DNA of 64,000 nt from Candidatus Latescibacterota bacterium (GTDB lineage Bacteria > Latescibacterota > UBA2968), in contig OZ241986.1 in the NCBI GenBank assembly GCA_965204375.1, forward strand, positions 1,024,001 through 1,088,000, given 5' to 3'. The notes beneath the pieces are model-generated. The model did not search any database. It was not told the DNA's origin and saw only the letters and a program-made list of their open reading frames with translations. This document shows positions 1 through 9,517 of this stretch, in pieces; within the stretch, counting starts at the first letter, position 1; each line of letters starts with the position of its first letter. Made by a program: the position numbers and the translations under genes.

Positions 1-102
1 TTATCTCGCAGGGATTTTATGGTGTAGAAATGGTTGATAATGGCAGACTAAATTTGCTACGCGGCATACCTACAGGAGTCAATAGTGTAGAATATCAAAC
101 GA

Positions 103-276
103 TCAACCTAAATTTTCAATCACTGGTTTGGATCCTATCAATCGATCCTGATACTCTTTCTGGCGTTCCATGTAATAAGCGACCAGTTGTGCAGGATCAT
201 GGTCGAAATGTGCTGAGATACGGTGACGTATCTTCCGAATTTCGTCTATGACTGGGTCATTCTGATTCTTTTTCAT
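103..276 (-). CDS. Small putative antitoxin downstream of PIN toxin
   Basis: ATG at 276 with GGAG RBS; overlaps the PIN gene end; DPVIDEIRKIRHRISAHF-type helical motif seen in small genes coupled to PIN genes. Confidence 0.65.
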   Translation of the reverse strand: MKKNQNDPVIDEIRKIRHRISAHFDHDPAQLVAYYMERQKEYQDRLIGSKPVIENLG

Positions 277-751
277 TGTTATCTCCAAGTAGCTCTAAGG
301 GCGTGACCAAGGTTGGCACAAATAGCCCCAGCAAAGTATTCACGCGACGAATGTGGCCAAATTTGTTTGCATTGGCCAAATGACGACAATTCCAGGTGGC
401 CAAAAATTCGCATTTGTGAAAAGACGCCAGTGCCAAATGGATCGCATCACCTCCAGGGTCAGCGGGCATTACCTTGTGCTGAATGTACGTCTGTACGATT
501 TCCAAAATCGCTGGCTCGATGGCCAAAAGGGGTAGATCCCGAACAACAGCCAATCGTAGTTCCGTGCGCTCTGGAATATCGCCCATTAATTCGTCCAGAA
601 CTGCTGGACTTGTCACCAGGTCATATTGATTTGGCGCATTGTCCCACCACTCCCGAGTCCAGTCCCGTCGAGCTATAATATCAGGAGCAGTGCGTCTTTC
701 GACGTAAAAACTGGGAATCGATGTTTCAACATAGACACGTGGTTTGGTCAT
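257..751 (-). CDS. PIN-domain (VapC-like) toxin
   Basis: N-terminal VYVETS, central VTSPAVLDE, C-terminal DAIHLALA...LATWNCRH: PIN fold signature. Confidence 0.85.
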   Translation of the reverse strand: MTKPRVYVETSIPSFYVERRTAPDIIARRDWTREWWDNAPNQYDLVTSPAVLDELMGDIPERTELRLAVVRDLPLLAIEPAILEIVQTYIQHKVMPADPGGDAIHLALASFHKCEFLATWNCRHLANANKFGHIRRVNTLLGLFVPTLVTPLELLGDNNEKESE

Positions 752-932
752 ACTTAATAAAATACCGCAATTAGCTTGGAAAGGGTAGAGTAAAATGGGT
801 ATTGCCTTCAGGCTGCTTCTAAGGGCATCCAGGACGATCCACTTCGGCTAACGTACCCTAAGGCGCGAAGCCTTTCAAGGGGCGGAAATACAGTGCATGC
901 CATAAACTATGGTTTTCTGATTTCTTGTTTTG

Positions 933-1598
933 ATTCCTCTTTTTCAAACCACGCTTTGCGGCAAATTCGTCCGGCAGCAGTGCTTTGGTAGCCTTTCGGT
1001 CTCGTGAGACCTTCACAAGCTCGTGGTTTTCAGTCGCTCAATTATCTTCCTATCCGCCTCGAATGCCATATCTGTTGGCGGCTCATCGAGAGGGAATAGC
1101 TGGACTTCAGCGGCATCGTCCCCTGCGACCAGATTCCCGCCCTTTTCTTTAACGAAAAACCATACTCCTACCACACTCCGCTCAGGCGAGTGATGAGTCG
1201 AGAGCACATCTACAATATCACCGACTTCTACATCCAGGCCAGTCTCTTCCTTAATCTCGCGCCTCACGGCAGTTCGGACGTCCTCACCAACCTCAACATT
1301 CCCGCAAGGGATACACCACTTTCCTTTGTTTGTCCCGTATTTGCGGCGAATCATTACAATTTGGTTGCCTCTGAGGATCACCCCGGCAACGCCTGCTTTT
1401 ACGTAATGTGATGGCATCGTTAAACGGTCCGTCGTATTGTGAAAATCTCAAGAGAAAGTCTAATCATCTTCGCTTGTATCAGTCAACCCATTTCGTCTTT
1501 GAAGTAAAGTCTTTGATCTCTTCTTCCAGGTCCCTCAGAGATTCCTCAAGTTTCTTTATTTCCATTTTCGGTGCATTCTTAAGTCGCGAGTTCTCCAA
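933..1598. repeat. Direct repeat copy A1 (NUDIX gene plus 3' end of secreted-protein gene)
   Basis: Aligns to 5758..6423 at a constant offset of 4825 with scattered substitutions. Confidence 0.95.
1013..1417 (-). CDS. NUDIX hydrolase
   Basis: Nudix box GNVEVGEDVRTAVRREIKEETGL and downstream GDDAAEV. Confidence 0.9.
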   Translation of the reverse strand: MPSHYVKAGVAGVILRGNQIVMIRRKYGTNKGKWCIPCGNVEVGEDVRTAVRREIKEETGLDVEVGDIVDVLSTHHSPERSVVGVWFFVKEKGGNLVAGDDAAEVQLFPLDEPPTDMAFEADRKIIERLKTTSL

Positions 1599-1991
1599 TC
1601 GAAGTTGCAGGATTTCACGCTGCGTAACATAGCCGTAGCCTTTGAGTTGAGTTACAAGATTCGGGAACCCAATATACTGCATGCCCCAGTTCAGGATTGT
1701 GTATTGAGCCAGCTTCTGACCTTCCACTTTAAAGGTGACAAACTTCTCTTTTGGTACCTGAGAAACGAAAATAAAGCCCTGCTTCCGAAAGCGCTCATTG
1801 TCGCTATTCTCAGCGAGCAATCGAGTTAGTCCTTGAACTTTTCGCAAGTGTTCATCGACTGTGCTCACAGCCTTGCTAAATTTCTGGTGATTGAATTGGT
1901 CCAGCCTGACTTTCCACCAATCCTCTGCATGTGAAACCGTTGTTGAAAGGAGTACTGCAAGTAGGGTGAAAGCAAGAATACGATTGTCCAT
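1479..1991 (-). CDS. Secreted hypothetical protein with C-terminal coiled coil
   Basis: ATG at 1991 after GGAGGG; signal peptide MDNRILAFTLLAVLLSTTVSHA. Confidence 0.7.
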   Translation of the reverse strand: MDNRILAFTLLAVLLSTTVSHAEDWWKVRLDQFNHQKFSKAVSTVDEHLRKVQGLTRLLAENSDNERFRKQGFIFVSQVPKEKFVTFKVEGQKLAQYTILNWGMQYIGFPNLVTQLKGYGYVTQREILQLRLENSRLKNAPKMEIKKLEESLRDLEEEIKDFTSKTKWVD

Positions 1992-2019
1992 GTGGCCCTC
2001 CATTTCAAGGAAGAGGGGG

Positions 2020-2173
2020 TCGGTTGGCAGTGGGGACATCTCGCGAGACCGTTGTTCGCATCCCTTGCCTGGAAAATACTCTCGATTCTCACAAGCAGAC
2101 CAATCCCCACTTCGTCGATTAGCTCTTCATCCCAGATTCGTTGAGCGTCCTTAGCATAGAGCTCCGCCTCCAC
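2020..2173 (-). pseudogene. Truncated paralog of the 3652..4371 zinc-ribbon protein
   Basis: LYAKDAQRIWDEELIDEVGIGLLVRIESIFQARDANNGLARCPHC versus LYATDAQGIVDEELIEDVGIGLFVRIESIFKAREASAGRARCPLC; similarity ends after the first CxxC. Confidence 0.85.
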
Positions 2174-2266
2174 AACCTTGTGGTAATCGTATTAAAAGCC
2201 GTTCTTGATCATCTTTAAAAAGGACATGGACATCTGTATGCCAAACATCCATTTAGTGGTTTATCC

Positions 2267-3463
2267 TCATATACTTAGCTTCTTTTTCAGTGCCTCAACC
2301 ATGCGTCGTTGAAACTCTTCAGCTCTCCCATGCGCTTTTGCTGCCTTATCATTGGCCGCATCGGGATTCTTTGCTATTTCTAAAACTGTTGGTACATAGT
2401 TCTCAACATCTTCAGGCCGATCTATGTCAAAAAGCCAATCATGAAGCCCTATATCACGCCACATAAAACCTTTAATGCCCTGCTCGGCAAACCGACCAAC
2501 GATCGCCGGAATCCCATTACCAATACACATGATGGGGGAGTGCATCTCAAGCCCAAACAGTCCTGCAGACCGAATGTAGGTACTGAGCGCTTCGTCGGTG
2601 AGCCAATAGGTTTCCTTCCATACAACATCCTGGCAAACGTCCTCCGGAAGCTTATCAATAATCATTTCTTTACCAAGCGACATTTGGGAGATGTCTTCGG
2701 GACAGACTAGAACTTTCATGTCTGTCTCTTGAACAATTCTGATTATTGCCTCACGCAATATAGCATGATCGTGCTCTTTCATCTCCTCGTTGCGCTTCTG
2801 TTTCTCTACGTCAACGGGAGCATTTGGATCGAACGGAGATGAGACCTCCCAATAATTACCGCCTGGGGGAAGAGGAAATTTACGATACCTGGGAATACAG
2901 CATAGAAATTTGCCATGCTCAAGGCCATGAGCAGAGAGAAAGCGGTTGGCAGTCTGGTCGTTGCGCACATCCGTACTAAAGGTAGCATCCGGTCCAAACT
3001 CCATAATTGGACACTCAACTCCTTGGTTCTGTGCTCTTTGGAGGGAGACGGATTCCCGGAAAAAGAGGAACTCAGCATGGGTCAGAAGGTCTCTCTGATC
3101 CACTGCTATGGAATCTCCGAGACCAATGCCAAAGACGCCATAGGGTTTGCCCGTTTCTTCGCGCCACCGCTGAAGTTCATCTTGCCCTACAAGAACGGGT
3201 GCCGAACCATGCAAAAAAAAGTCGCACTCCTGAAATGCAGATTGTACTTCATGCTCTTTCTGGATGATTTGTAGATTGGGAAACCTCCTTAGGATCATCT
3301 CCTTTACACCATCTCTAACGTTTTTTGGCCATAAAACAATCTCTACTTCCGGCAGATAGGTATTGATCAAGTTGATAGTACCAATTGTATGCGCGATATC
3401 ACCAATGTTGATACTATGCCATGACCCTCGTAGAAGAATTCGAGGCCGTCTCTGTAGCTTCAT
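2267..3463 (-). CDS. Polysaccharide pyruvyl transferase family protein
   Basis: N-terminal NIGD, FFRESVS, FGPDATF and GLEMHSPI motifs of the family. Confidence 0.8.
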   Translation of the reverse strand: MKLQRRPRILLRGSWHSINIGDIAHTIGTINLINTYLPEVEIVLWPKNVRDGVKEMILRRFPNLQIIQKEHEVQSAFQECDFFLHGSAPVLVGQDELQRWREETGKPYGVFGIGLGDSIAVDQRDLLTHAEFLFFRESVSLQRAQNQGVECPIMEFGPDATFSTDVRNDQTANRFLSAHGLEHGKFLCCIPRYRKFPLPPGGNYWEVSSPFDPNAPVDVEKQKRNEEMKEHDHAILREAIIRIVQETDMKVLVCPEDISQMSLGKEMIIDKLPEDVCQDVVWKETYWLTDEALSTYIRSAGLFGLEMHSPIMCIGNGIPAIVGRFAEQGIKGFMWRDIGLHDWLFDIDRPEDVENYVPTVLEIAKNPDAANDKAAKAHGRAEEFQRRMVEALKKKLSI

Positions 3464-3547
3464 TTATAACCACCTTACTTATAGGGTGAAAGGATTAGCG
3501 TCACATCAAGTCCACTGCTTGATCTTGTAGATGCTGTAAGCTCAATT

Positions 3548-3623
3548 TGGTAACCATCACCCAAAGATTTCAGACAGGCAACATTCGCAAGGTGTTTCAT
3601 TAGGTTTGAAAGTGTTGTTTGTT
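3548..3623 (-). other. Possible degenerate attC-like site
   Basis: Minus strand ..AAAC AACACTTTCAAAC ... GTCTGAAA ... GTTACCA; shares 12 bp GAAAGTGTTGTT (3608-3619) with the site at 15540-15551; arm spacing non-canonical. Confidence 0.3.
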
Positions 3624-3651
3624 TTCGTGGGCGATATTGTTCGGTGGAAAA

Positions 3652-4371
3652 TCATGACTTACTCGATTTGTCCCTCTGCGCCAACATCTGTTGTCTAACT
3701 TTTCTCTTTAAGTTCTTCTTTCTCTCCCGCTCTTCCTTTTTTTTCTGCCGTTCCTCTCTTTTTGTTTTGCGATGCTGTTGGCTTTTTTTAACCTTCTGAA
3801 TCCATTCTGCTCTATTGGCTAAGATTTCAGGGTTACTCTTTTCGCCATATGAAAGCTTGTTTAGAAAATCTATAATTTCATGCTGTCTTCCTCCAATTAA
3901 ATCTGTGGCTCCAGGCCGAGTCAGTCCTCCCTCAAGTTCCCAATGATACCTATGAATCAAGGTGTCTATGAGGATCATCTTCTCTCTTGGAGATCTCGCA
4001 GTCTGGTATTTCTGGAGGAACTCTTGGAGAAAGACTGTGAGACCAGAGGCAGCAAGATGCTTACCTTGTTTGGCTTTATGATACTCGCCCCAGGTGAGTT
4101 CCCAGTTGCACGATTCGCATCTCAGAATCGTATCCTTCATACCGTCGTGGTCTATCTGGCGATCACATAATGGACATCTTGCTCGCCCAGCACTGGCTTC
4201 TCGTGCTTTGAAAATGCTTTCGATACGAACGAAGAGTCCAATCCCCACGTCTTCAATAAGCTCTTCGTCTACTATGCCCTGTGCATCAGTTGCATAAAGG
4301 CGGGCTATTTTTTCTCTTGGAACTCGACTTGCCCAAGTTGGCCTGTCGTGTCTTGGTTTCGGGTTGCTCAT
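3652..4371 (-). CDS. Hypothetical protein with CxxC..CxxC zinc ribbon and basic coiled-coil tail
   Basis: CPLC and CESC motifs; K/R/E-rich C-terminus; AAGGA RBS. Confidence 0.75.
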   Translation of the reverse strand: MSNPKPRHDRPTWASRVPREKIARLYATDAQGIVDEELIEDVGIGLFVRIESIFKAREASAGRARCPLCDRQIDHDGMKDTILRCESCNWELTWGEYHKAKQGKHLAASGLTVFLQEFLQKYQTARSPREKMILIDTLIHRYHWELEGGLTRPGATDLIGGRQHEIIDFLNKLSYGEKSNPEILANRAEWIQKVKKSQQHRKTKREERQKKKEERERKKNLKRKVRQQMLAQRDKSSKS

Positions 4372-4519
4372 GTATTCCTTAGAGATTTTTCAGGTTGGTC
4401 GATTTGGTGACAAACTCGAAGAACTGGATCTTTGCGATATCCCGATTTGTCACCCGGAAATAGCCATATTTGGGGTTGATATTGGCACTTGTAATCTTGC
4501 ACCGCCTTTTGAGCGAATG

Positions 4520-5187
4520 TCGAATCCTGTCCAAAGTTAATGCTCAAATAAGATGGCCCCAACAGCGTCGAGTCGATATTGGTCGCCATCGTATGCAATC
4601 GTCGTAACGGAGCATTCACGCACTACTTCACCACTGTATGGGGCATTGCAGAATTTCGGACTGATGTAACTCAGTTCTTCAGACGAAAAAACGTTGAGAA
4701 GGAAGTCTGCTAAGACACCGCCATGGGTCACCCCGATCACAGTATCTTTGGATGACTGAAGATAGCAATCGGAAACAAATGCCTCAATGCGTCTGCCAGC
4801 CTCAATGCTTGAATCGCCAACACTGGGTCGGTAATCTCGTTCTGTGTTACAACGTTCCCACTAAGCCATGAATGTATCGAAAGATTGTCCTTCGATGTCA
4901 CCCCAATTCATTCGTTCACGTAGCCGTGAATCTTCAGTAACTTCGAGATTCAAAATGGCGGCGATGATCTCTGCTGTCTCTCTTGTTCGCGCCAGTGGAC
5001 TGCTGAAGATTCGTGCGATGCCGTTTGATGCTAACTTCCTGGCGAGTCGTTCTGCTTCTTCTCGACCCTCTGATGTCAATGAAGGATCGCCGATCTTGCG
5101 ATTTCTCTTACCGTGGCGAATAAAGTGAAAACGCATTAACGCTGCCTGTCTTTCGAGTTTTTTTGTGCATAATTTGTCGGAGTGAGG
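4520..5187. repeat. Direct repeat copy B1 (histidine phosphatase module)
   Basis: Aligns to 11609..12276 at offset 7089. Confidence 0.95.
4537..5136 (-). pseudogene. Histidine phosphatase (phosphoglycerate mutase family), nonsense-interrupted
   Basis: RHG, SSPLARTRET and VTHGG motifs; TAG at 4863-4861 where the intact copy has CAG. Confidence 0.9.
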
Positions 5188-5207
5188 GGAATACTTGCGC
5201 CGCTTGC

Positions 5208-5232
5208 GTGTAACGTTCCGGTCGTGTTAGCC
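5208..5232 (-). other. Collapsed attC remnant (R'' and R' boxes only)
   Basis: Minus strand GGCTAAC ACGACCGGAAC GTTACAC; R'' contains the GNAT stop codon; both ends match the ends of the 14808..14912 site. Confidence 0.6.
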
Positions 5233-5751
5233 GAAGCTGCCAGTCTCTGCAACAAACCGGTTCCTGTTCGTCTCGATATTGTAATCAGAGAATCGCATTC
5301 CAGCCTTCTCAAGAACTCGGTTGGATGCTTTGTTTTCTGGCATGGCCGTGGCGACGACGCGTTTGATGGGTGTTTCGTCAAGTATGTAATCAATAGCAGT
5401 TCGGGCAAATTCAGTCGCAAAGCCCTCTCCCCAGAACGGCTTTCTTATCATATAGATAAGGTCACCCTCTTCGGAATCCGGATCGTGAAGCATGTACGTA
5501 AGGGTGCCCAACCCCACGACTTCTCCATCCGATTTCCGAACCAGCAGTCCGGGACCCCATCCGTGCAGGTCGCAGTGCCGAATGCAGGAATCAAGCCACG
5601 CTCGCGCTTCGGCTGCCGACAGCGGCTTGCATTCGCCGAAATGCCTCATCATCTCTCCATCTCCGAAGATCTCCTCGAAGATCGCAAGATCGTCAGGAGT
5701 ACATTGCCGGAGAATAAGTCTATTTGTCTCAAGTAGGCACTTGCATCCCAC
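5227..5751 (-). CDS. GNAT acetyltransferase (RimJ/RimL family)
   Basis: LETNRLILR N-terminus, FWGEGFATE, NKASNRVLEKAGM motifs. Confidence 0.9.
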   Translation of the reverse strand: MGCKCLLETNRLILRQCTPDDLAIFEEIFGDGEMMRHFGECKPLSAAEARAWLDSCIRHCDLHGWGPGLLVRKSDGEVVGLGTLTYMLHDPDSEEGDLIYMIRKPFWGEGFATEFARTAIDYILDETPIKRVVATAMPENKASNRVLEKAGMRFSDYNIETNRNRFVAETGSFG

Positions 5752-5837
5752 AAGTCTATTCCTTTTTTTAAAATCACGCTTTGCGGCAAATTCGTCCGGC
5801 AGCAGTGCTTTGGTAGCCTTTCGGTCTCATGAGACCT

Positions 5838-6242
5838 TCACAAGCTCGTAGTTTTCAGTCGCTCAATTATCTTCCTATCCGCCTCGAATGCCATATCTGT
5901 TGGTGGCTCCTCAAGAGAGAATAGCTGGACTTCAGCGGCATCGTCCCCTGCGACCAGATTCCCGCCCTTTTCTTTAACGAAAAACCATACTCCTACCACA
6001 CTCCGCTCAGGCGAGTGATGAGTCGAGAGCACATCTACAATATCACCGACTTCTACATCCAGGCCAGTCTCTTCCTTAATCTCACGCCTCACGGCAGTTC
6101 GGACGTCCTCACCAACCTCAACATTCCCGCAAGGGATACACCACTTCCCTTTGTTTGTCCCGTATTTGCGGCGAATCATTACAATTTGGTTGCCTCTGAG
6201 AATCACCCCGGCAACGCCTGCTTTTACGTAATGTGATGGCAT
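5838..6242 (-). CDS. NUDIX hydrolase (second copy)
   Basis: Differs from 1013..1417 at two residues (FPLDE vs FSLEE). Confidence 0.9.
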   Translation of the reverse strand: MPSHYVKAGVAGVILRGNQIVMIRRKYGTNKGKWCIPCGNVEVGEDVRTAVRREIKEETGLDVEVGDIVDVLSTHHSPERSVVGVWFFVKEKGGNLVAGDDAAEVQLFSLEEPPTDMAFEADRKIIERLKTTSL

Positions 6243-6303
6243 CTTTGAACGGTCCGTCGTATTGTGAAAACCTCAAGAGAAAGTCTAATCATCTTCGCTT
6301 ATA

Positions 6304-6423
6304 TCAGTCAACCCATTTCGTCTTTGAAGTAAAGTCTTTGATCTCTTCTTCCAGGTTTCTCAGAGATTCCTCCAGCTTCTTTATTTCCATTTCCGGTGCA
6401 TCCTTAAGTCACAAGTTCTCCAT
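6304..6423 (-). pseudogene. 3' fragment of the secreted protein gene (1479..1991)
   Basis: Homologous to 1479..1598; similarity stops at about 6423. Confidence 0.8.
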
Positions 6424-6506
6424 GTGAGCCTACTCACTGTGGAGAAATCCAAGAATGAAGTGACCTTTCGGCTTGTTTCAGGCGCTCTATTTAACAAATG
6501 TTGAAG

Positions 6507-6540
6507 AAAATCCCCGTCAGATAACCTACTGAACGGGGAT
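6507..6540 (-). terminator. Intrinsic terminator
   Basis: ATCCCCGT/ACGGGGAT stem with T tract on the minus strand after the 6571 gene. Confidence 0.55.
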
Positions 6541-6570
6541 CTATATCATGAAACAGGTTCTATGATAAAC

Positions 6571-6780
6571 TCAGGTAACCCGCTCTCTCCGTTCACTTGG
6601 ATGAAGCGAAAGATACTCTCTCACCTCGAGATTCATCCGATCTATTTCGGCCAGATAGCCACCTGCCGATAACCAATAGTTCTGTGGATTGGTTTCAACC
6701 TGTCGAAGCTTTTCTACTTGTTGCTGAAAATACTGGATGCGTTCCTTGGTCGCCTCAAGTTCCTGATCGTTCTGAATCAT
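6571..6780 (-). CDS. Small helical hypothetical protein (antitoxin-like)
   Basis: GAGGTG RBS; MIQNDQELEATKERIQYFQ pattern resembles small TA-associated proteins. Confidence 0.65.
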   Translation of the reverse strand: MIQNDQELEATKERIQYFQQQVEKLRQVETNPQNYWLSAGGYLAEIDRMNLEVREYLSLHPSERRERVT

Positions 6781-8131
6781 CGCTGATCACCTCTACTATT
6801 CCACGTCGTGTTTTGTCCCGCTTCGGTTTGGCTACTATTATACAATATAGCTTCCTATACAGGTCATTTCCAGCGAAATTTTTTTCTATTCTATGCTCAA
6901 GTCTTTAGCCTGAAAAATTCATAAAAAAGGTAGTTTCCTTATTCAAGTCATTGTATTATTATAGGTTAGAACCATAACCATTGTACAATAGACTTGGAGG
7001 AAACTACCATGGGGTCACAAGATAAACATCGCAAGGTTCCTTTGGCAAGCATTTTCGGCAAACGGCTTGACCTCGCCTTTGATGGGGGCATTCTCACCAG
7101 CGATAGCGGCGCGTTATTGCTTCGAGAAGTAGAGGCAAAATCTGGCATTTTAACACGCATGAGTGCTGCGATCACGGATCGTCGGCATAAGAGTTATGTG
7201 AGGCACTCCGTCGCAGAGTTGGTCAAGCAACGGGTGTTCCAGATAGCCTGTGGGTATGAAGATGGCAATGATTGTGATGCCTTACGCAGCGATCCGGGTA
7301 TCAAGGCCGCCTGTGGTGTCTTGCCGCTTTCAGGTAAAGACTTGGGCAGTCAACCCACGATGAGCCGGTTTGAGAACCAGATCAGGCGAAGCGACTTGTA
7401 TCGGATTGCCCGTGCCTTCCTCGATTGTTTTATCGCTTCGTATAAAAAGCCGCCCGAGGCGATCATCTTAGATATTGATGATACACAGGATACGGTTTAT
7501 GGGACCCAGCAGTTGTCCCTATTCAATGGCTATTACAATGCCTACACCTATCAGCCCTTGCATATTTATGAGGGACAAACCGGTAAGTTGATCACTACGA
7601 TATTGCGTCCCGGTATCCGTCCGACCGGCCAACAGATAGTCGCCATTATCAAGCGTTTGGTGGCCTATCTGCGTCAGGCTTGGCCTGATGTGGCGATCAT
7701 CTTGCGGGGTGATGCCCACTTTTCTTGTCCGCAAGTCCATCACCTTTGTGAGACTGATGACCTGTATTTTATCTTAGGACAGACCAGCAATGCCAAGCTT
7801 TGTGAGGCGGCACAACCCCTTATCGCGCAGGCCAAAAGGCTTTATGCACATACAAAGGAGGCCGTGCGTCTTTTTACCTCGTTTTCCTATCAGGCAAAGA
7901 GTTGGAACAAGGCACAACGCATCGTATGCAAGGTCGAAATCAGTGACCGAGGCCAAAACACACGCTTTGTCGTGACCAACCTGAAAAGTTCAATGGCGTC
8001 CTTTATCTATCAAAGCGTCTATTGTGCGCGCGGACAGATGGAAAACTTCATTAAAAATCACAAAACCTTTCTCCACTCTGACCGCACATCCTGTCACAGC
8101 TTTACTGCCAATCAGTTCCGCCTCTTTCTCC

Positions 8132-9517
8132 GAGATATTGTCAAATGTTGTGGATGGGTTTAGAACGCATCCTTTATGATTATGCAGCGATTTTGCGTTC
8201 ACCATCTACGAATTTCACCCCGTCAATGACGAGGGGTATGAGCTTGTAACCGCGTAATCTGACCCATGTTTTTTCAGCTTCAAGAGCCAGTTTATACACC
8301 ATCGCCATTGTGGCTTTGACCGATCCGCAGCCTTTTGTCTGCCTCGTGCGATGCCTGACGGTAGCAAAAGTCGATTCAATCGGGTTGGTGGTGCGTAAAT
8401 GGATCCAGTGTTTGGCAGGAAAATCATAAAAGGTGAAGAGCACCTCAAAATCTTTGGTGAGGCAGTCACAGGCTTTTTCATAGCGATCCTGATACAGACT
8501 CAAGAAGTGGTCATAGACCTTGTGCGCGGCCTCTTTTGTCGGCGACTGATACATATCTTGAAGGAGTCTCTTGGCATCCGGCTGCACAGATTTGGGTAGC
8601 TTATCCAACACATTAGCACTCTTATGCACCCAGCAGCGCTGATGTTTCGTGGCAGGGAATGTCTCTTCCAATGCGTGCCAGAAGCCCATTGCCCCATCGC
8701 CTATGGCAAGAGCAGGGGCAAGGCGCAACCCGCGTGCTTTGACATCCAGTAAGAGGGTTTTCCAAGATAAGGTGCTCTCACGCTGTCCCTGCTCTATGGC
8801 AAGGACTTCCTTTTTACCTTCTGCTGTGGCACCAATGAGCACGAGAACACAGGGGCGATCATCAGACAGGCGTACGTTAAAATAGATACCGTCTGCCCAG
8901 ATATAGACATAGGCTTTATCGTGCAAGTCGCGCTTTTGCCATTGTTTATACTCGTCTTCCCAAATACGCTTTAAGCGCGTGATATTGGCTGGTGAAAGCC
9001 CTGGTGCGCCTTTGCCTAAGATCGCTTCGAGTGCTTGTGGGAAGGCCGAGGTAGAGACCCCTTTCAGATACAGTGTGGGGATCAATGTATCAATGCTCGG
9101 ACTGCGACGGGCATATTTAGGCAGGATCGCACTGGTGAAGTGCTCCCCGTCTCGACGATCGTGAACGCGGGGTTGTTTGACGGGTATTTTACCAATACCA
9201 GTGGTGACTTCTCGGGCAGGATGATACCCATTTTTGACCACCTCACGATGACCCTTTTCATCCACCTGATCAGCAAATCGGGCTATGTATTCATTCACTT
9301 CATACCGCAAGGCGGCACATAACATCTTACGCGCACCATTTCTTATGACTTCCTCGAGGCTCTCGGCCAGTGTATCTTGCACTATGCTTTCCACTTCAAA
9401 TGGGGTATATTCTTTCACGAGCGTGTCCTTTCTCCCTCCTGGAGGGATTTTAGGTTTTTGTGATACTATAGGATACGCTCTTTTCTTTTACTCATCCACA
9501 ACTTTTGAATATACCTC
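8132..9517 (-). mobile_element. IS256-family element
   Basis: IRs GAGATATTGTCAAATGTTGTGGATG / GAGGTATATTCAAAAGTTGTGGATG; 9-bp target duplication TCTTTCTCC at 8123-8131 and 9518-9526. Confidence 0.95.
8180..9418 (-). CDS. IS256 transposase
   Basis: YIWADG, IGDGAMG, QRCWVHK and RTTNPIES motifs. Confidence 0.95.
   Translation of the reverse strand: MKEYTPFEVESIVQDTLAESLEEVIRNGARKMLCAALRYEVNEYIARFADQVDEKGHREVVKNGYHPAREVTTGIGKIPVKQPRVHDRRDGEHFTSAILPKYARRSPSIDTLIPTLYLKGVSTSAFPQALEAILGKGAPGLSPANITRLKRIWEDEYKQWQKRDLHDKAYVYIWADGIYFNVRLSDDRPCVLVLIGATAEGKKEVLAIEQGQRESTLSWKTLLLDVKARGLRLAPALAIGDGAMGFWHALEETFPATKHQRCWVHKSANVLDKLPKSVQPDAKRLLQDMYQSPTKEAAHKVYDHFLSLYQDRYEKACDCLTKDFEVLFTFYDFPAKHWIHLRTTNPIESTFATVRHRTRQTKGCGSVKATMAMVYKLALEAEKTWVRLRGYKLIPLVIDGVKFVDGERKIAA

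Larger units (their letters stand above)
5758..6423. repeat. Direct repeat copy A2
   Basis: Matches 933..1598; contains a second NUDIX gene and only about 40 codons of the secreted-protein 3' end. Confidence 0.95.

Noticed and set aside
846-900. GGCTAAC (GTTAGCC on the minus strand) with a small GGC-TTCGC-GCC hairpin as an attC
   Set aside because: Only an R'-like box is present; no matching R'' or L boxes at sensible spacing.
4385-4454. Hairpin GGTGACAAA..TTTGTCACC plus a 10-bp match to the IS1380 left end (CCTGAAAAAT)
   Set aside because: The hairpin lacks flanking R boxes and the IR match is short enough to be chance.
4368-4619. ORF MNAPLRRLHT and the matching N-terminal 75 aa of ORF 10098..11708
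   Set aside because: These are alternative-frame readings of the phosphatase 3' end; a better RBS-supported start exists at 11483.
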